Positions 18,851 through 28,457 of a DNA stretch of 64,000 nt are shown here, piece by piece. This DNA comes from Bacteroidia bacterium (GTDB taxonomy: Bacteria; Bacteroidota; Bacteroidia; M30B66). How positions within the stretch are numbered: position 1 is the stretch's first letter; every line of letters begins with the position of its first letter. The stretch covers positions 320,001 through 384,000 of the forward strand of contig OZ257142.1 of assembly GCA_965279035.1 (NCBI GenBank), read 5' to 3'. The notes under the pieces are model-generated. The model did no database searches, was not told the origin of the DNA, and worked only from the letters and a program-made list of their open reading frames with translations. The position numbers and the translations under genes are program-made.

Positions 18851-20547
18851 TCGAATAAAGTAATAGTTGTTCTCTTCTCATAAACAGTCTTCGAAGTCTT
18901 AGCAGAAAGTACAAGAAAGTATGTTCCCGCTGGTGCTTTTTCTCCGCTACTTGTTTTGCCATCCCAACTTAATTTGGATGATTGGGTTTCAAAAATCAAG
19001 GTTCCCCAACGATCAAAAATCTGAAGCCCGTATTCCTGAATGCCGCTGTTCATCAAAAATAACTCATCATTCACTCCATCTCCGTTAGGTGAAAATGTAT
19101 TGGGGAACTGCATTCCCTCAATAACCTCAACACTTGCACTCGCCGTATCAATACAGCCAAAACTATTTACGACTGTAAGAAGAATAGGATAAATTCCGGG
19201 CTCGTGGAAAGCGTGTTTTAATATGGAATCAGAATAAAATCCATTGTTTTCAATTGTCCAACTCTGTGAGATTGAACCAGAACTCAAACTTGTAAAAACA
19301 AATACTTGATCCTCATAAGGAAATTCTGGAGCGCTTATCCCCAATTCAGCAATGGGTTTCGGCCATAAAACTATCGGCAAGCTTGAAGGAAATGAAGAAC
19401 ATCCCGCATTGTCGGTTTGAAATGCGGAAACAAGTCCACTCGCACTATTATCCCAATTTACAGAAACGCTTGAATCGGTTTGTTGCTCTATACTTCCGGA
19501 AGCAATTGTCCAATTCGTTTCTAAACCGGATGAGTAAGATGCATGGAAAACAGCATCTGAACTTTCTTGACAAAAAGCCGTGTCGCCCACTATTTCGGGA
19601 CGAGCGGGCCTTTTTCTAACCAATAATATTGCTCTATTGGAGCTATTGCTCGGTATCACCACATTGACACTTGCCGTTGAACCATTGAAAACGGCATTGC
19701 CATTAGCGACTAAATGCCAAACATCAGCAATCAATGGATTCCGAAGAGCAACGAATGGAAAATCAACCGCCGCCGAAGAATCTACAACGAAACTACATTG
19801 TGTTCCTTGTCCAATCGTTCCTTCAATGAGGTGATAATAATGCTCATTGCTTCGACAAATATTCGTATCAACTTGAGTGCGCGCTAATCCTTCCTGGCTG
19901 GCGTCAGCATTCGCGAATCGAACACCTAAAACTCCAGTGCTCAAAGTCGGTGTTAGTGTAACTGGGCGATAATCGAGATTTCTCCCAACAGGAAAAAGAT
20001 ATGCTTGTCCACTTGTTACATTTCGATTTAGAACGCCATATCGTTCCGAAAGCACAAAACCACTCGTTCGTTCGATGGCTGTTGGTTGAGAATTCAAAAC
20101 CGATAGACTCAACGAATCCGTAATTAGAATACGATCATTCAATTGAAGTACATCTGCTTTCGCGTGTTGTTCAAGTCGCTTATCTCCGCTACCAAGTAGC
20201 GACAAAATACCAAACGTAGTAACAGAATCCCCTTTGATTTTTTGAATTCCGCCGTCCAATTGAACAACAGACAATGATGCAGAATTTACTTGACCATTAT
20301 TTTCCCAATCTCCTTGAAGATAAACCGATCCGAAATGATCGAACTGTGCGCAATTGGTGAAATCTCCCGAAATAATCAAAGAAGAATAATTCTGAAAAAC
20401 CGAAGAGGAATCTATTTGCAATCCACCATTTACACGAATCTCCAAGCCCGGTCCAGCATAAACCTGCGCTCCACTTATTGTACAAAGTGTTTGAGCTTCA
20501 GAAATAATAGGAATGGATAAAAGTGCAAAAAGCAAAATCCGTTTCAT
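18847..20547 (-). CDS. T9SS type B (gliding-motility-associated CTD) secreted protein with PKD-like domain
   Basis: Signal peptide ending SEA-Q; C-terminal PNTFSPNGDGVND...IFDRWG...WDG...GTYF. Confidence 0.9.
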   Translation of the reverse strand: MKRILLFALLSIPIISEAQTLCTISGAQVYAGPGLEIRVNGGLQIDSSSVFQNYSSLIISGDFTNCAQFDHFGSVYLQGDWENNGQVNSASLSVVQLDGGIQKIKGDSVTTFGILSLLGSGDKRLEQHAKADVLQLNDRILITDSLSLSVLNSQPTAIERTSGFVLSERYGVLNRNVTSGQAYLFPVGRNLDYRPVTLTPTLSTGVLGVRFANADASQEGLARTQVDTNICRSNEHYYHLIEGTIGQGTQCSFVVDSSAAVDFPFVALRNPLIADVWHLVANGNAVFNGSTASVNVVIPSNSSNRAILLVRKRPARPEIVGDTAFCQESSDAVFHASYSSGLETNWTIASGSIEQQTDSSVSVNWDNSASGLVSAFQTDNAGCSSFPSSLPIVLWPKPIAELGISAPEFPYEDQVFVFTSLSSGSISQSWTIENNGFYSDSILKHAFHEPGIYPILLTVVNSFGCIDTASASVEVIEGMQFPNTFSPNGDGVNDELFLMNSGIQEYGLQIFDRWGTLIFETQSSKLSWDGKTSSGEKAPAGTYFLVLSAKTSKTVYEKRTTITLFD

Positions 20548-20894
20548 TCGCTTTTCTCAGGAGTAATCAATCCAAGCTTTTCGGCATAGTAAGCACCAAA
20601 GTCACGCATCGTTTCGGCCATTGCTATTTCACCCGTTGAACGTTGAAGCGTATCGGCCATCAGCAATAAACTTTGATGAATAAACTTTTTCATATCGTCA
20701 ACAACCATTTCTTTAGTCCAAAGATCTACACGCAAGGTATTGTCTTCGCTAGGATCCCAAACCGAAAGCATCATGGCTTTTGCTTCTTTACCAACAACCT
20801 GATTGTCGGTTGCGTCCCAATGGATTTTCTCGGGAACTTTATTCGCATCAAGTGTTACGCGAAGTATTATATCGGATGTGTTTTTACTGCTCAT
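20544..20894 (-). CDS. gldC: gliding motility protein GldC
   Basis: LDANKVPEKIHWDATD and LRVDLWTKEM motifs; directly downstream of gldB. Confidence 0.92.
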   Translation of the reverse strand: MSSKNTSDIILRVTLDANKVPEKIHWDATDNQVVGKEAKAMMLSVWDPSEDNTLRVDLWTKEMVVDDMKKFIHQSLLLMADTLQRSTGEIAMAETMRDFGAYYAEKLGLITPEKSE

Positions 20895-21934
20895 GCTCGG
20901 CCTGGTTTATATCCTGATGCATTAAATAGTTTATGTGCGTCTTGCTCTTGCATCAATTGGGGCAAAGTAACGTCTTTGTATTTATTCATGTAGCTTTTTA
21001 CCAACTGAAATCCTAGCCAGATACCAATTCGTGATGGCGCTTCTTCAGGAAAACCTTTCGTAAACGGACCGTCATTGATATAAATCAACTGATCATTAAA
21101 GTCGGTGGAGAAAAATAATTTCTTGTCAATAAAGTGACTCCAGATTTTCGCCTCGTTTTTTTCACACCAGGAATATTCTGCATCCGAATAACCAAGCAGA
21201 TTTGCTTCTGTTTCTTCCGGCAAAAACTGCCCACTGAGATACAAGAGTTTCCCATGATACACCATATAGGACACAAGATCTTCGGGCGAATTCTTCATTT
21301 CAAAATTACTCATCAACCAAGCCCTCATGGCATCTGGAAGAATCATCGTTCTGTTCATTTTCGAAACTTTGTACTTCGGTAATGACAGCAATTCATAAAA
21401 CTTGCACGCCTTTCCTAAATACATATCTAAGCCAATCGAAAGCGAAGAATCTTCTACAACGATATTGTAGTTAAAGCCTGAAATGATAGTATAAATTGCA
21501 GGAATTACGCTGTCGGGAAATGCTTTGTGATAGCGGTTAAAAGCAGCACTAAGCCCATTTCGAACAGAATCCATTGAAGCATATTGACGATCTGTTTCTG
21601 CTTTTACCGATTTGATATCAGGATCGTTGATAAACCCCAACAAGCTTTCCCGAAAAAGAGGAAGGTGTTTATTCCCAACACGAATTACTTGTGAAGCATA
21701 CAAATCCAAAAAGGTCCCGTATTTCTTATACAAATTCAGCGTGTCTTGTGTAAAAGTCTCTTTGTGTATTTCAAAAAGGTCCTTCTCAAATCGTTGAAAA
21801 CGAACAGGAATTTCAGGCAAATCGGCTTTTGATTCTTCTACACGTAGCGCTGTTGTAGGCTTTTCTGTTGATCCACCACAGGAAAATAAGCCTGTTGAAA
21901 AAATGAACCAAATCCAAATGTGTCTTCTCTGCAT
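20891..21934 (-). CDS. gldB: gliding motility lipoprotein GldB
   Basis: Lipobox LFSC; IGLDMYLG and GPFT...P.RIG.WLG motifs. Confidence 0.9.
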   Translation of the reverse strand: MQRRHIWIWFIFSTGLFSCGGSTEKPTTALRVEESKADLPEIPVRFQRFEKDLFEIHKETFTQDTLNLYKKYGTFLDLYASQVIRVGNKHLPLFRESLLGFINDPDIKSVKAETDRQYASMDSVRNGLSAAFNRYHKAFPDSVIPAIYTIISGFNYNIVVEDSSLSIGLDMYLGKACKFYELLSLPKYKVSKMNRTMILPDAMRAWLMSNFEMKNSPEDLVSYMVYHGKLLYLSGQFLPEETEANLLGYSDAEYSWCEKNEAKIWSHFIDKKLFFSTDFNDQLIYINDGPFTKGFPEEAPSRIGIWLGFQLVKSYMNKYKDVTLPQLMQEQDAHKLFNASGYKPGRA

Positions 21935-22033
21935 GTCTTTGAATCACGTTATATTTGCTGACAACGGCCAAAATTAGTAAAACGTACCGTGCTTTATGGG
22001 TTTCCCCATTCACCCATCCAACCTTTTCTTCTT

Positions 22034-22744
22034 ATGAAACGACTTTTGCTGTTTATTCTGCTTTGTACACTCGGGATTTCTTCAACAAATGCCCAAAAAA
22101 GTTTCCGCTTTGGAATGAAGGCTGCTCCTTTGTTTAGCTGGATCAAACCCGATTTTAGAGATGCCCCGAAAGACTTTTCAGTTGAAGGCGGCGGTGGTCG
22201 GATTGGTTTTGTTTGGGGTCCGATGGCAGAAATCCAACTTAACGAAACATTTTTAATCTCAACGGGACTTGATATCAGCTATTCTTCCGGTAAAATTAAA
22301 GGAACTCTAAAAGATTCTTCAGGTAGCTTGGTCGATTGGAATCAGTATTACAAAACTCGATTTATCGAACTTCCAGTTATGCTGAAGTTCCGTACAAAGG
22401 AAATTGGATACTTACGCTATTTCGGTTTGTTTGGACTTGGAGCCGGATTCCGTTATTCTGCTCGTACCGAATTTTCTCGCTCAAGCAATAGTACAACCGT
22501 AACAAACAACGATAACAATTCCGATAAATACGTGAATGTTTTTCGTGGATCGATGCTTATTGGAGCTGGCGTTGAATATTCACTTTCAGGAAATACAGCT
22601 CTTGTTGGTAGTTTGCTCTTTAATAACGGACTAACCAATATGTTAAAAAGTCAAACAAGTGGTTCTGCTACAGATCCCTTTAATGCCATTCGTGAAAACG
22701 GGATTTTAAACTATATGCAGTTGAACATCGGAATTCTATTCTGA
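22034..22744 (+). CDS. outer membrane beta-barrel (PorT-like porin family)
   Basis: Signal peptide ending TNA-Q; IELPVMLKFRT; C-terminal F. Confidence 0.8.
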   Translation: MKRLLLFILLCTLGISSTNAQKSFRFGMKAAPLFSWIKPDFRDAPKDFSVEGGGGRIGFVWGPMAEIQLNETFLISTGLDISYSSGKIKGTLKDSSGSLVDWNQYYKTRFIELPVMLKFRTKEIGYLRYFGLFGLGAGFRYSARTEFSRSSNSTTVTNNDNNSDKYVNVFRGSMLIGAGVEYSLSGNTALVGSLLFNNGLTNMLKSQTSGSATDPFNAIRENGILNYMQLNIGILF

Positions 22745-22767
22745 TTTACAAACCGTTTACCTTTGCC

Positions 22768-22797
22768 GCCGGATCGTTCAAATGGTCCGGCTTTTTT
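22768..22797 (+). terminator. terminator-like hairpin immediately before the nadE start
   Basis: gccggatcgt-tcaa-atggtccggc-tttttt followed directly by ATG. Confidence 0.6.
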
Positions 22798-24450
22798 ATG
22801 AAAATTGCACTGGCGCAGATAAATACGCACATCGGGAATTTCGATGCAAACATCTCGATCATTCTTCAAAATATAGAACGCGCTAAACGCGAAGGAGTCG
22901 AGCTTATCGTATTTCCTGAATTATGTATTTGTGGTTATCCTCCGCTCGACTTTTTAGAGTTTGATGACTTTATTTCACGTTGCGAAAAAGCCATTCAACA
23001 ACTTGCTGAGTTATGTATTGGCATTGCCGCAATTGTTGGTGGACCATCTAGAAATCCTGCCATTGAAGGAAAGAACTTATTCAATTCGGCTTACTTTTTA
23101 GAAAATGGATCAATCAAACAAATCATACATAAAACACTTTTGCCCAATTATGATGTGTTTGATGAATACCGCTATTTCGAACCCAATACTGTTTTTGATT
23201 GCATCAGGTATAAGAGTAAAAAAATAGCATTAACGATCTGCGAAGACCTTTGGGATATTGAAGATGATAAGATGTACGTTAGATGGCCGATGGAAGAACT
23301 TCAATCGCAAAATCCCGATTTGATTATCAACATTGCAGCATCTCCTTTTTCATACAAACAGGCCGAAAGTCGCAAACGAGTTTTACATCAAACTGCTTCG
23401 AAATATAAAATTCCTCTCTTTTATGTAAACCACACAGGTGCTCAAACGGAGTTGATTTTTGATGGTGGTTCAATGGTGCTCAATCGGGATGGAAACATTG
23501 TTTGTGAACTCAATTATTTTAATGACGATTACCGCAGCTTCGAACTCGATTGGGTAAATACAGCCAAATCGGTCCCCTTTTCTGCCGAAGGATTTTCATC
23601 CACAGAAATTGAAACAAGCCGGATACATCAAGCGCTAATTCTTGGAATCCGCGATTATTTCAGAAAAATGGGATTCACACAAGCTATTTTAGGTTTAAGC
23701 GGAGGTGTTGATTCTGCCTTGGTTTATACTTTAGCAGTTCAGGCACTTGGTAAAGAAAACGTGTTGGGCGTTCTACTTCCTTCGCCCTATTCTTCCGATC
23801 ATTCGATAAGCGATTCACTCGAACTTGCTTCACGATTGGGCGCTCGTACCGAGACAATTCCCATTGGAGATGCTTTTCATCAAATCCAACAAACACTGGC
23901 AAGTCAATTTCATGGACTGCCTGAAAATCTTGCGGAAGAAAACATGCAAGCCCGAATTCGGGGTGTTTTATTGATGGCAATGAGCAATAAGTTTGGTTCT
24001 ATTTTACTCAATACATCCAATAAATCCGAAGCAGCTGTTGGTTATGGAACATTATACGGCGATATGTGTGGCGGCCTTGCTGTTATTGGTGATGTTTATA
24101 AAACACAGGTGTATGAACTCTGTCAGTATATAAATCGTGACGAAGAAATAATTCCACTCAATATTCTCACAAAAGCACCAAGTGCTGAATTACGCCCTGG
24201 ACAAAAAGACAGCGATTCATTGCCCGATTACGATATCCTCGACAAAGTACTTTTTGCTTATATCGAAGAGCGCAAAGGTCCTAATGAATTAATTGAATTG
24301 GGTTTTGAAAAATCCTTAGTAGATCGAATTCTCAAGCTAGTTAACTCAAACGAATATAAGCGCTTTCAAACACCACCAATCCTGCGTGTTTCACCTAAAG
24401 CATTTGGAATGGGCAGAAGAATGCCTCTTGTTGGAAAATACCTTTCCTGA
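22798..24450 (+). CDS. nadE: glutamine-dependent NAD+ synthetase
   Basis: Nitrilase domain (FPEL, K.LLPNYDVFDE, ICEDLW) plus synthetase domain (GLSGGVDS, ENMQAR, NKSE, PSAEL). Confidence 0.96.
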   Translation: MKIALAQINTHIGNFDANISIILQNIERAKREGVELIVFPELCICGYPPLDFLEFDDFISRCEKAIQQLAELCIGIAAIVGGPSRNPAIEGKNLFNSAYFLENGSIKQIIHKTLLPNYDVFDEYRYFEPNTVFDCIRYKSKKIALTICEDLWDIEDDKMYVRWPMEELQSQNPDLIINIAASPFSYKQAESRKRVLHQTASKYKIPLFYVNHTGAQTELIFDGGSMVLNRDGNIVCELNYFNDDYRSFELDWVNTAKSVPFSAEGFSSTEIETSRIHQALILGIRDYFRKMGFTQAILGLSGGVDSALVYTLAVQALGKENVLGVLLPSPYSSDHSISDSLELASRLGARTETIPIGDAFHQIQQTLASQFHGLPENLAEENMQARIRGVLLMAMSNKFGSILLNTSNKSEAAVGYGTLYGDMCGGLAVIGDVYKTQVYELCQYINRDEEIIPLNILTKAPSAELRPGQKDSDSLPDYDILDKVLFAYIEERKGPNELIELGFEKSLVDRILKLVNSNEYKRFQTPPILRVSPKAFGMGRRMPLVGKYLS

Positions 24451-24452
24451 AC

Positions 24453-26900
24453 TTAGAACGACAATGAAAACTGAATAGCTGTTGTTCTAGGTTGTTCCAT
24501 ACTCATTGGTCGAATTGTGTATTCTATATTCATCAAATTATTGACGATGAATGCGACTTTACTCGTTGAATTCATTTGATAACTCAATCGCACATCAACT
24601 ATAGTAAATCCTTTGTTATGAGTTTGTCGGTATGCCTTTAAACCCGGTGATGGCTGATTTAATGTAGGGAGAATATCGTCCAACTGTTCGAAAATGATAT
24701 CGATATTACGCATATAACTACTGTAACGAACACTTCCTCCTAAAACCCATTTTCCTCGTGTGATTTCAGCATCTGCTTTAAATAGCTGTTGAAACCGGTA
24801 TTTTAAAATATGACCAATTGTATCGCTAGAAGATTTTGAATAAGTCACGTTTACTGCTGAAGGCTTATTGGGTTCTAAAGAAATAGGATTTGTATACGTA
24901 TAGCCAGCTAAAACAGCAAATCCGGTTTTACCAATTTTACCTTGTCCGGCAAGAGAGAAATCTATCCCTGTTACTTGTGTTTTTCCAATGTTTAAAGAAG
25001 CAAAGCCTAAACCATAAAATGGATCTGTTATCTTTCCAAACGCACCAAAATTAAACTCTATGTTGTTATTGAATTTCTGTATAAAGTAAGCTGCATCAAA
25101 ATACCCTTGGAATTTCCCAATTTGAAATCCTTGCTTAACCCCTATTTCTGCATTCCACGATGTTTCAGATTTTAGACTATCGTTAGGGTAAATATTAATT
25201 GGACCAACTTGCGTACGAATGAATTTTTCTGCAATAGTTGGAAATCGATAGCCTTGTCCATAGGATGCACGGAGAAATGTGGCTTTGTGCAACTTCATAT
25301 TTGCGCCAGCTCTAAAAACAGGCTTGCCTTCCTTGACAATAGCACCCAAACTGCTTGAAGAAAAACTTGGATTTTGAATAGCAAAATGCTCATAGCGAAA
25401 ACCTGCACTCAATGTAAGTCGCTTGAAAAATGTACGATTCAATTGAAGATACGCGGCAACATTTCTATTTCCAGAAACGGCTTTCTGTGAAACGGTATCC
25501 GATAAACCTCCTTTATATAAATCCGATGAGCCTTTGGTATAAGAATGCAATAATCCCGAAGTAACACTCAATCCATTTAAAAAACCCTCCTTAAACTGAC
25601 GCTGGATTTGATATTCTGAATAAAATACATCGCTTTGATTACTCTGATTGTTATCGTTGTTGTTATTCAAATGAAACCAACGATTGCGAATAACGTGACT
25701 CCATCCTTTCTTTCCTGTATAACGAACAAAGGGATCAACATACCATGCTTGCTGTAAAGTAAGTGTTACAGACCCTGGATAGGACCGATACATTCCCGAA
25801 TCGGCATTCATCCAAATCAATGTACCCGTTGATCGAGAAAGCATTCCATTCGCATTCACCCCATAGGAAAGACCTTGAATTTTTTTACTTCGGTATCGTA
25901 AACTAAAATTTAAACGTGCGCGGTTTTCATACTCGCCGCGTTGATCAGCATAGGGATTAAATGTTGTGTCGGCAATATTCACCGGAGTTGCAGCCTTAAA
26001 TCCATTGTCGCTGAAAAGATTTCCCCCAACTACAAGATCCAAATTCCCAATTTTCCGAGAATGGAAAAAGTTTAAACCCGAATAAATTGGGTTGTTCTTT
26101 CCCCAATAGATTGCCGAGGTATTTCGGGGATTATTATAAACTCCCGAAAACACATTGATTTTCGTTTGTGGTTCATCGCGCGGATAGGCTGTACGTATAT
26201 TAATTACTCCACTTAAAGCCGCAGACCCATACAAAACAGAAGATGCTCCTTTAATCACTTCAACTTGCTCTACATTTTCTACAGGCAAAAATCCCCAGCT
26301 TGGCCTTCCTGCATCACCCGATAAAATGGGTAAATCATCCATCAATATCATAACACGACTTCCTGCGCCAAAACTATACCCGCTACCACTTCGAATTTGT
26401 GGTTCGCCATCAACAATCGCAACACCCGGTACTTGCTGCAAAGCATCATCAATACTCGTTGTATTTTTATTTTCTATAATGTTGGGACGAAGCACCTCCA
26501 TGCTCATGGTTAATTCTTCAATATTCTGCTCATATTTTCCTGCGGTTGTTACAAAAGTTTTAAGCTCCCTTGCTTCTGAACTTAGTTTAACATGGATTAG
26601 CTTCTTCTCATTGGGTTTCAATTCTAATGCTACTTCTTTAGGCGCATAGCCAACTTGCTTAAAAACAAGTGTAATTTTTCCTGCTGGAATTGATATCGAA
26701 TAATTTCCTTCAGCATCTGCTACTACACCTTTGCTTTCATTGCCTTTAACTACTACATATGCAGCGATAACCGACTCTCCTGTATTGGCATCTTTTACTG
26801 TTCCCGAAACCACTGCTTGTTCGGTTTGAGAGAATACTGCATTTGCACAAAAAAGAAGAATTATAGAAATAATGTGTCGGTTTTTTTGATTTTTCAACAT
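24453..26900 (-). CDS. TonB-dependent receptor
   Basis: Carboxypeptidase-like N-terminal domain; plug motif VEVIKGASSVLYG...GVINI; C-terminal NNL.N..Y...F. Confidence 0.92.
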   Translation of the reverse strand: MLKNQKNRHIISIILLFCANAVFSQTEQAVVSGTVKDANTGESVIAAYVVVKGNESKGVVADAEGNYSISIPAGKITLVFKQVGYAPKEVALELKPNEKKLIHVKLSSEARELKTFVTTAGKYEQNIEELTMSMEVLRPNIIENKNTTSIDDALQQVPGVAIVDGEPQIRSGSGYSFGAGSRVMILMDDLPILSGDAGRPSWGFLPVENVEQVEVIKGASSVLYGSAALSGVINIRTAYPRDEPQTKINVFSGVYNNPRNTSAIYWGKNNPIYSGLNFFHSRKIGNLDLVVGGNLFSDNGFKAATPVNIADTTFNPYADQRGEYENRARLNFSLRYRSKKIQGLSYGVNANGMLSRSTGTLIWMNADSGMYRSYPGSVTLTLQQAWYVDPFVRYTGKKGWSHVIRNRWFHLNNNNDNNQSNQSDVFYSEYQIQRQFKEGFLNGLSVTSGLLHSYTKGSSDLYKGGLSDTVSQKAVSGNRNVAAYLQLNRTFFKRLTLSAGFRYEHFAIQNPSFSSSSLGAIVKEGKPVFRAGANMKLHKATFLRASYGQGYRFPTIAEKFIRTQVGPINIYPNDSLKSETSWNAEIGVKQGFQIGKFQGYFDAAYFIQKFNNNIEFNFGAFGKITDPFYGLGFASLNIGKTQVTGIDFSLAGQGKIGKTGFAVLAGYTYTNPISLEPNKPSAVNVTYSKSSSDTIGHILKYRFQQLFKADAEITRGKWVLGGSVRYSSYMRNIDIIFEQLDDILPTLNQPSPGLKAYRQTHNKGFTIVDVRLSYQMNSTSKVAFIVNNLMNIEYTIRPMSMEQPRTTAIQFSLSF

Positions 26901-26934
26901 TAGGAAGAATCGTCTTTGTGATTAGTATTTTGCA

Positions 26935-28053
26935 ATGTATAAAATTCCACACCCGATGCATGAAGAAGATGAAATACAAGCAACAATTGCCTTGACTTTA
27001 GTTCCTGGAATTGGCTCTGTTACAGCGCGTCGTATTTTAAATCAAATGGGAACTGCCTCAGCATTTTTTGATGAATGTAAAAAGATTCGTATGTCGGGAG
27101 TTAGGAATGTTGATTTGCAAGCATCTGCTGTTCGATCCTATTTTAAAAGAGCAGAAGAAGAACTTCGTTTTATGGAGGAAATGGATGTGCGTGCAAACTT
27201 GATTTCTCATTGCTCATACCCATATCGCTTAAAACAATGTGAAGATGCTCCCGCTATTTTATATACTCGAGGAAACATTGACCTAAATGCTTCTAGAATG
27301 ATTGCTGTTGTTGGAACGCGCAAATCAACACCTTATGGAGAACGCTGTTGCGAAGAAGTTGTAGCAGAATTATCAAAGAATAATTGCAACTTAATTAGCG
27401 GATTGGCTTATGGAATCGACTCTTCTGCCCATCGTTCTGCAAATAATTGGGGAATTCAAAACATCGGTGTTGTTGCTCATGGATTGGATCGAATTTATCC
27501 CTCGATGAATCGATCTCTTGCTAAAAAAATGGAACAACTCGGAGGAATCGTTACCGATTTTCCATCTCAAACTCGTCCTGACAGAGAAAATTTCCCTAAG
27601 CGAAATCGCATTGTAGCTGGTTTAGCCGATGCCGTTATCGTAATTGAAGCATCTGAGTCGGGTGGCGCTTTAATAACAGCAGACATCGCTAATTCATACA
27701 ATAGAGATGTATTTGTTGTGCCCGGCTCATGGGGTTTGCCTTTTTCGGTTGGCTGCAATAATCTCATAAAAAGAAATAAAGCGGCAATCCTTTCTAATGC
27801 ACAAGATCTTTCTTGGTATCTAAACTGGAATAACCCAATCCAAAATCAATCGGTACAAACTCAATTGGTTTTCGAACTTGAACCGGAAGAAGAGCTGCTC
27901 GTAAATCTAATTAGATCTGATACCGATTCACTTGATAATTTATCTATTCAATCTGGTTTGAGCATTAGCAAAGCATCTGCTGTCTTATTAGGACTTGAAT
28001 TCAAGGGTGTTCTTAAATCCTTACCAGGAAAAAGATATCAGCTTTTAACTTAA
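26935..28053 (+). CDS. dprA: DNA-processing protein DprA
   Basis: AVVGTR, SGLAYGID, FPKRNRIVAG and LEFKG motifs. Start may be 26956. Confidence 0.95.
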   Translation: MYKIPHPMHEEDEIQATIALTLVPGIGSVTARRILNQMGTASAFFDECKKIRMSGVRNVDLQASAVRSYFKRAEEELRFMEEMDVRANLISHCSYPYRLKQCEDAPAILYTRGNIDLNASRMIAVVGTRKSTPYGERCCEEVVAELSKNNCNLISGLAYGIDSSAHRSANNWGIQNIGVVAHGLDRIYPSMNRSLAKKMEQLGGIVTDFPSQTRPDRENFPKRNRIVAGLADAVIVIEASESGGALITADIANSYNRDVFVVPGSWGLPFSVGCNNLIKRNKAAILSNAQDLSWYLNWNNPIQNQSVQTQLVFELEPEEELLVNLIRSDTDSLDNLSIQSGLSISKASAVLLGLEFKGVLKSLPGKRYQLLT

Positions 28054-28457
28054 TCTAGAAATCGAGATTTCCAACCCGGTTGTGGAATGGGGCAACTTTC
28101 GTATCGCCCAAATACTTTATATCGATTTCGAGCAATTAGTCGATAAGCAGCCTGGCGGATAAAGCGGGGAATAAACCTCATCAATGCTAGTATTTTCCAA
28201 ACTCCTCCTAAGAGATATAATACTCTCAATGAAGCATCACTTTCAATATAAACGATCCCTTGATCAATCAAAACAACACTATCAGGAAGCGTTTTGTGAT
28301 AATTCGCTTTATTCAATAGTTGATTAGCTACTTCACTTTTTAGTGGAGCAAATCGAAACTGTTCCTTTTTATCTTTTCGGAGGACAAAATTTACCGATGA
28401 ATGGCATAAGTGACATACGCCATCAAAGAGTATTACCGGATTTTCGTCCAATTTCAT
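28050..28457 (-). CDS. DCC-family thiol-disulfide oxidoreductase (YuxK-like)
   Basis: FDGVCHLC and ARNRY..FG...C motifs. ATG 28457 overlaps the upstream stop codon (TAATG). Confidence 0.9.
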   Translation of the reverse strand: MKLDENPVILFDGVCHLCHSSVNFVLRKDKKEQFRFAPLKSEVANQLLNKANYHKTLPDSVVLIDQGIVYIESDASLRVLYLLGGVWKILALMRFIPRFIRQAAYRLIARNRYKVFGRYESCPIPQPGWKSRFLD

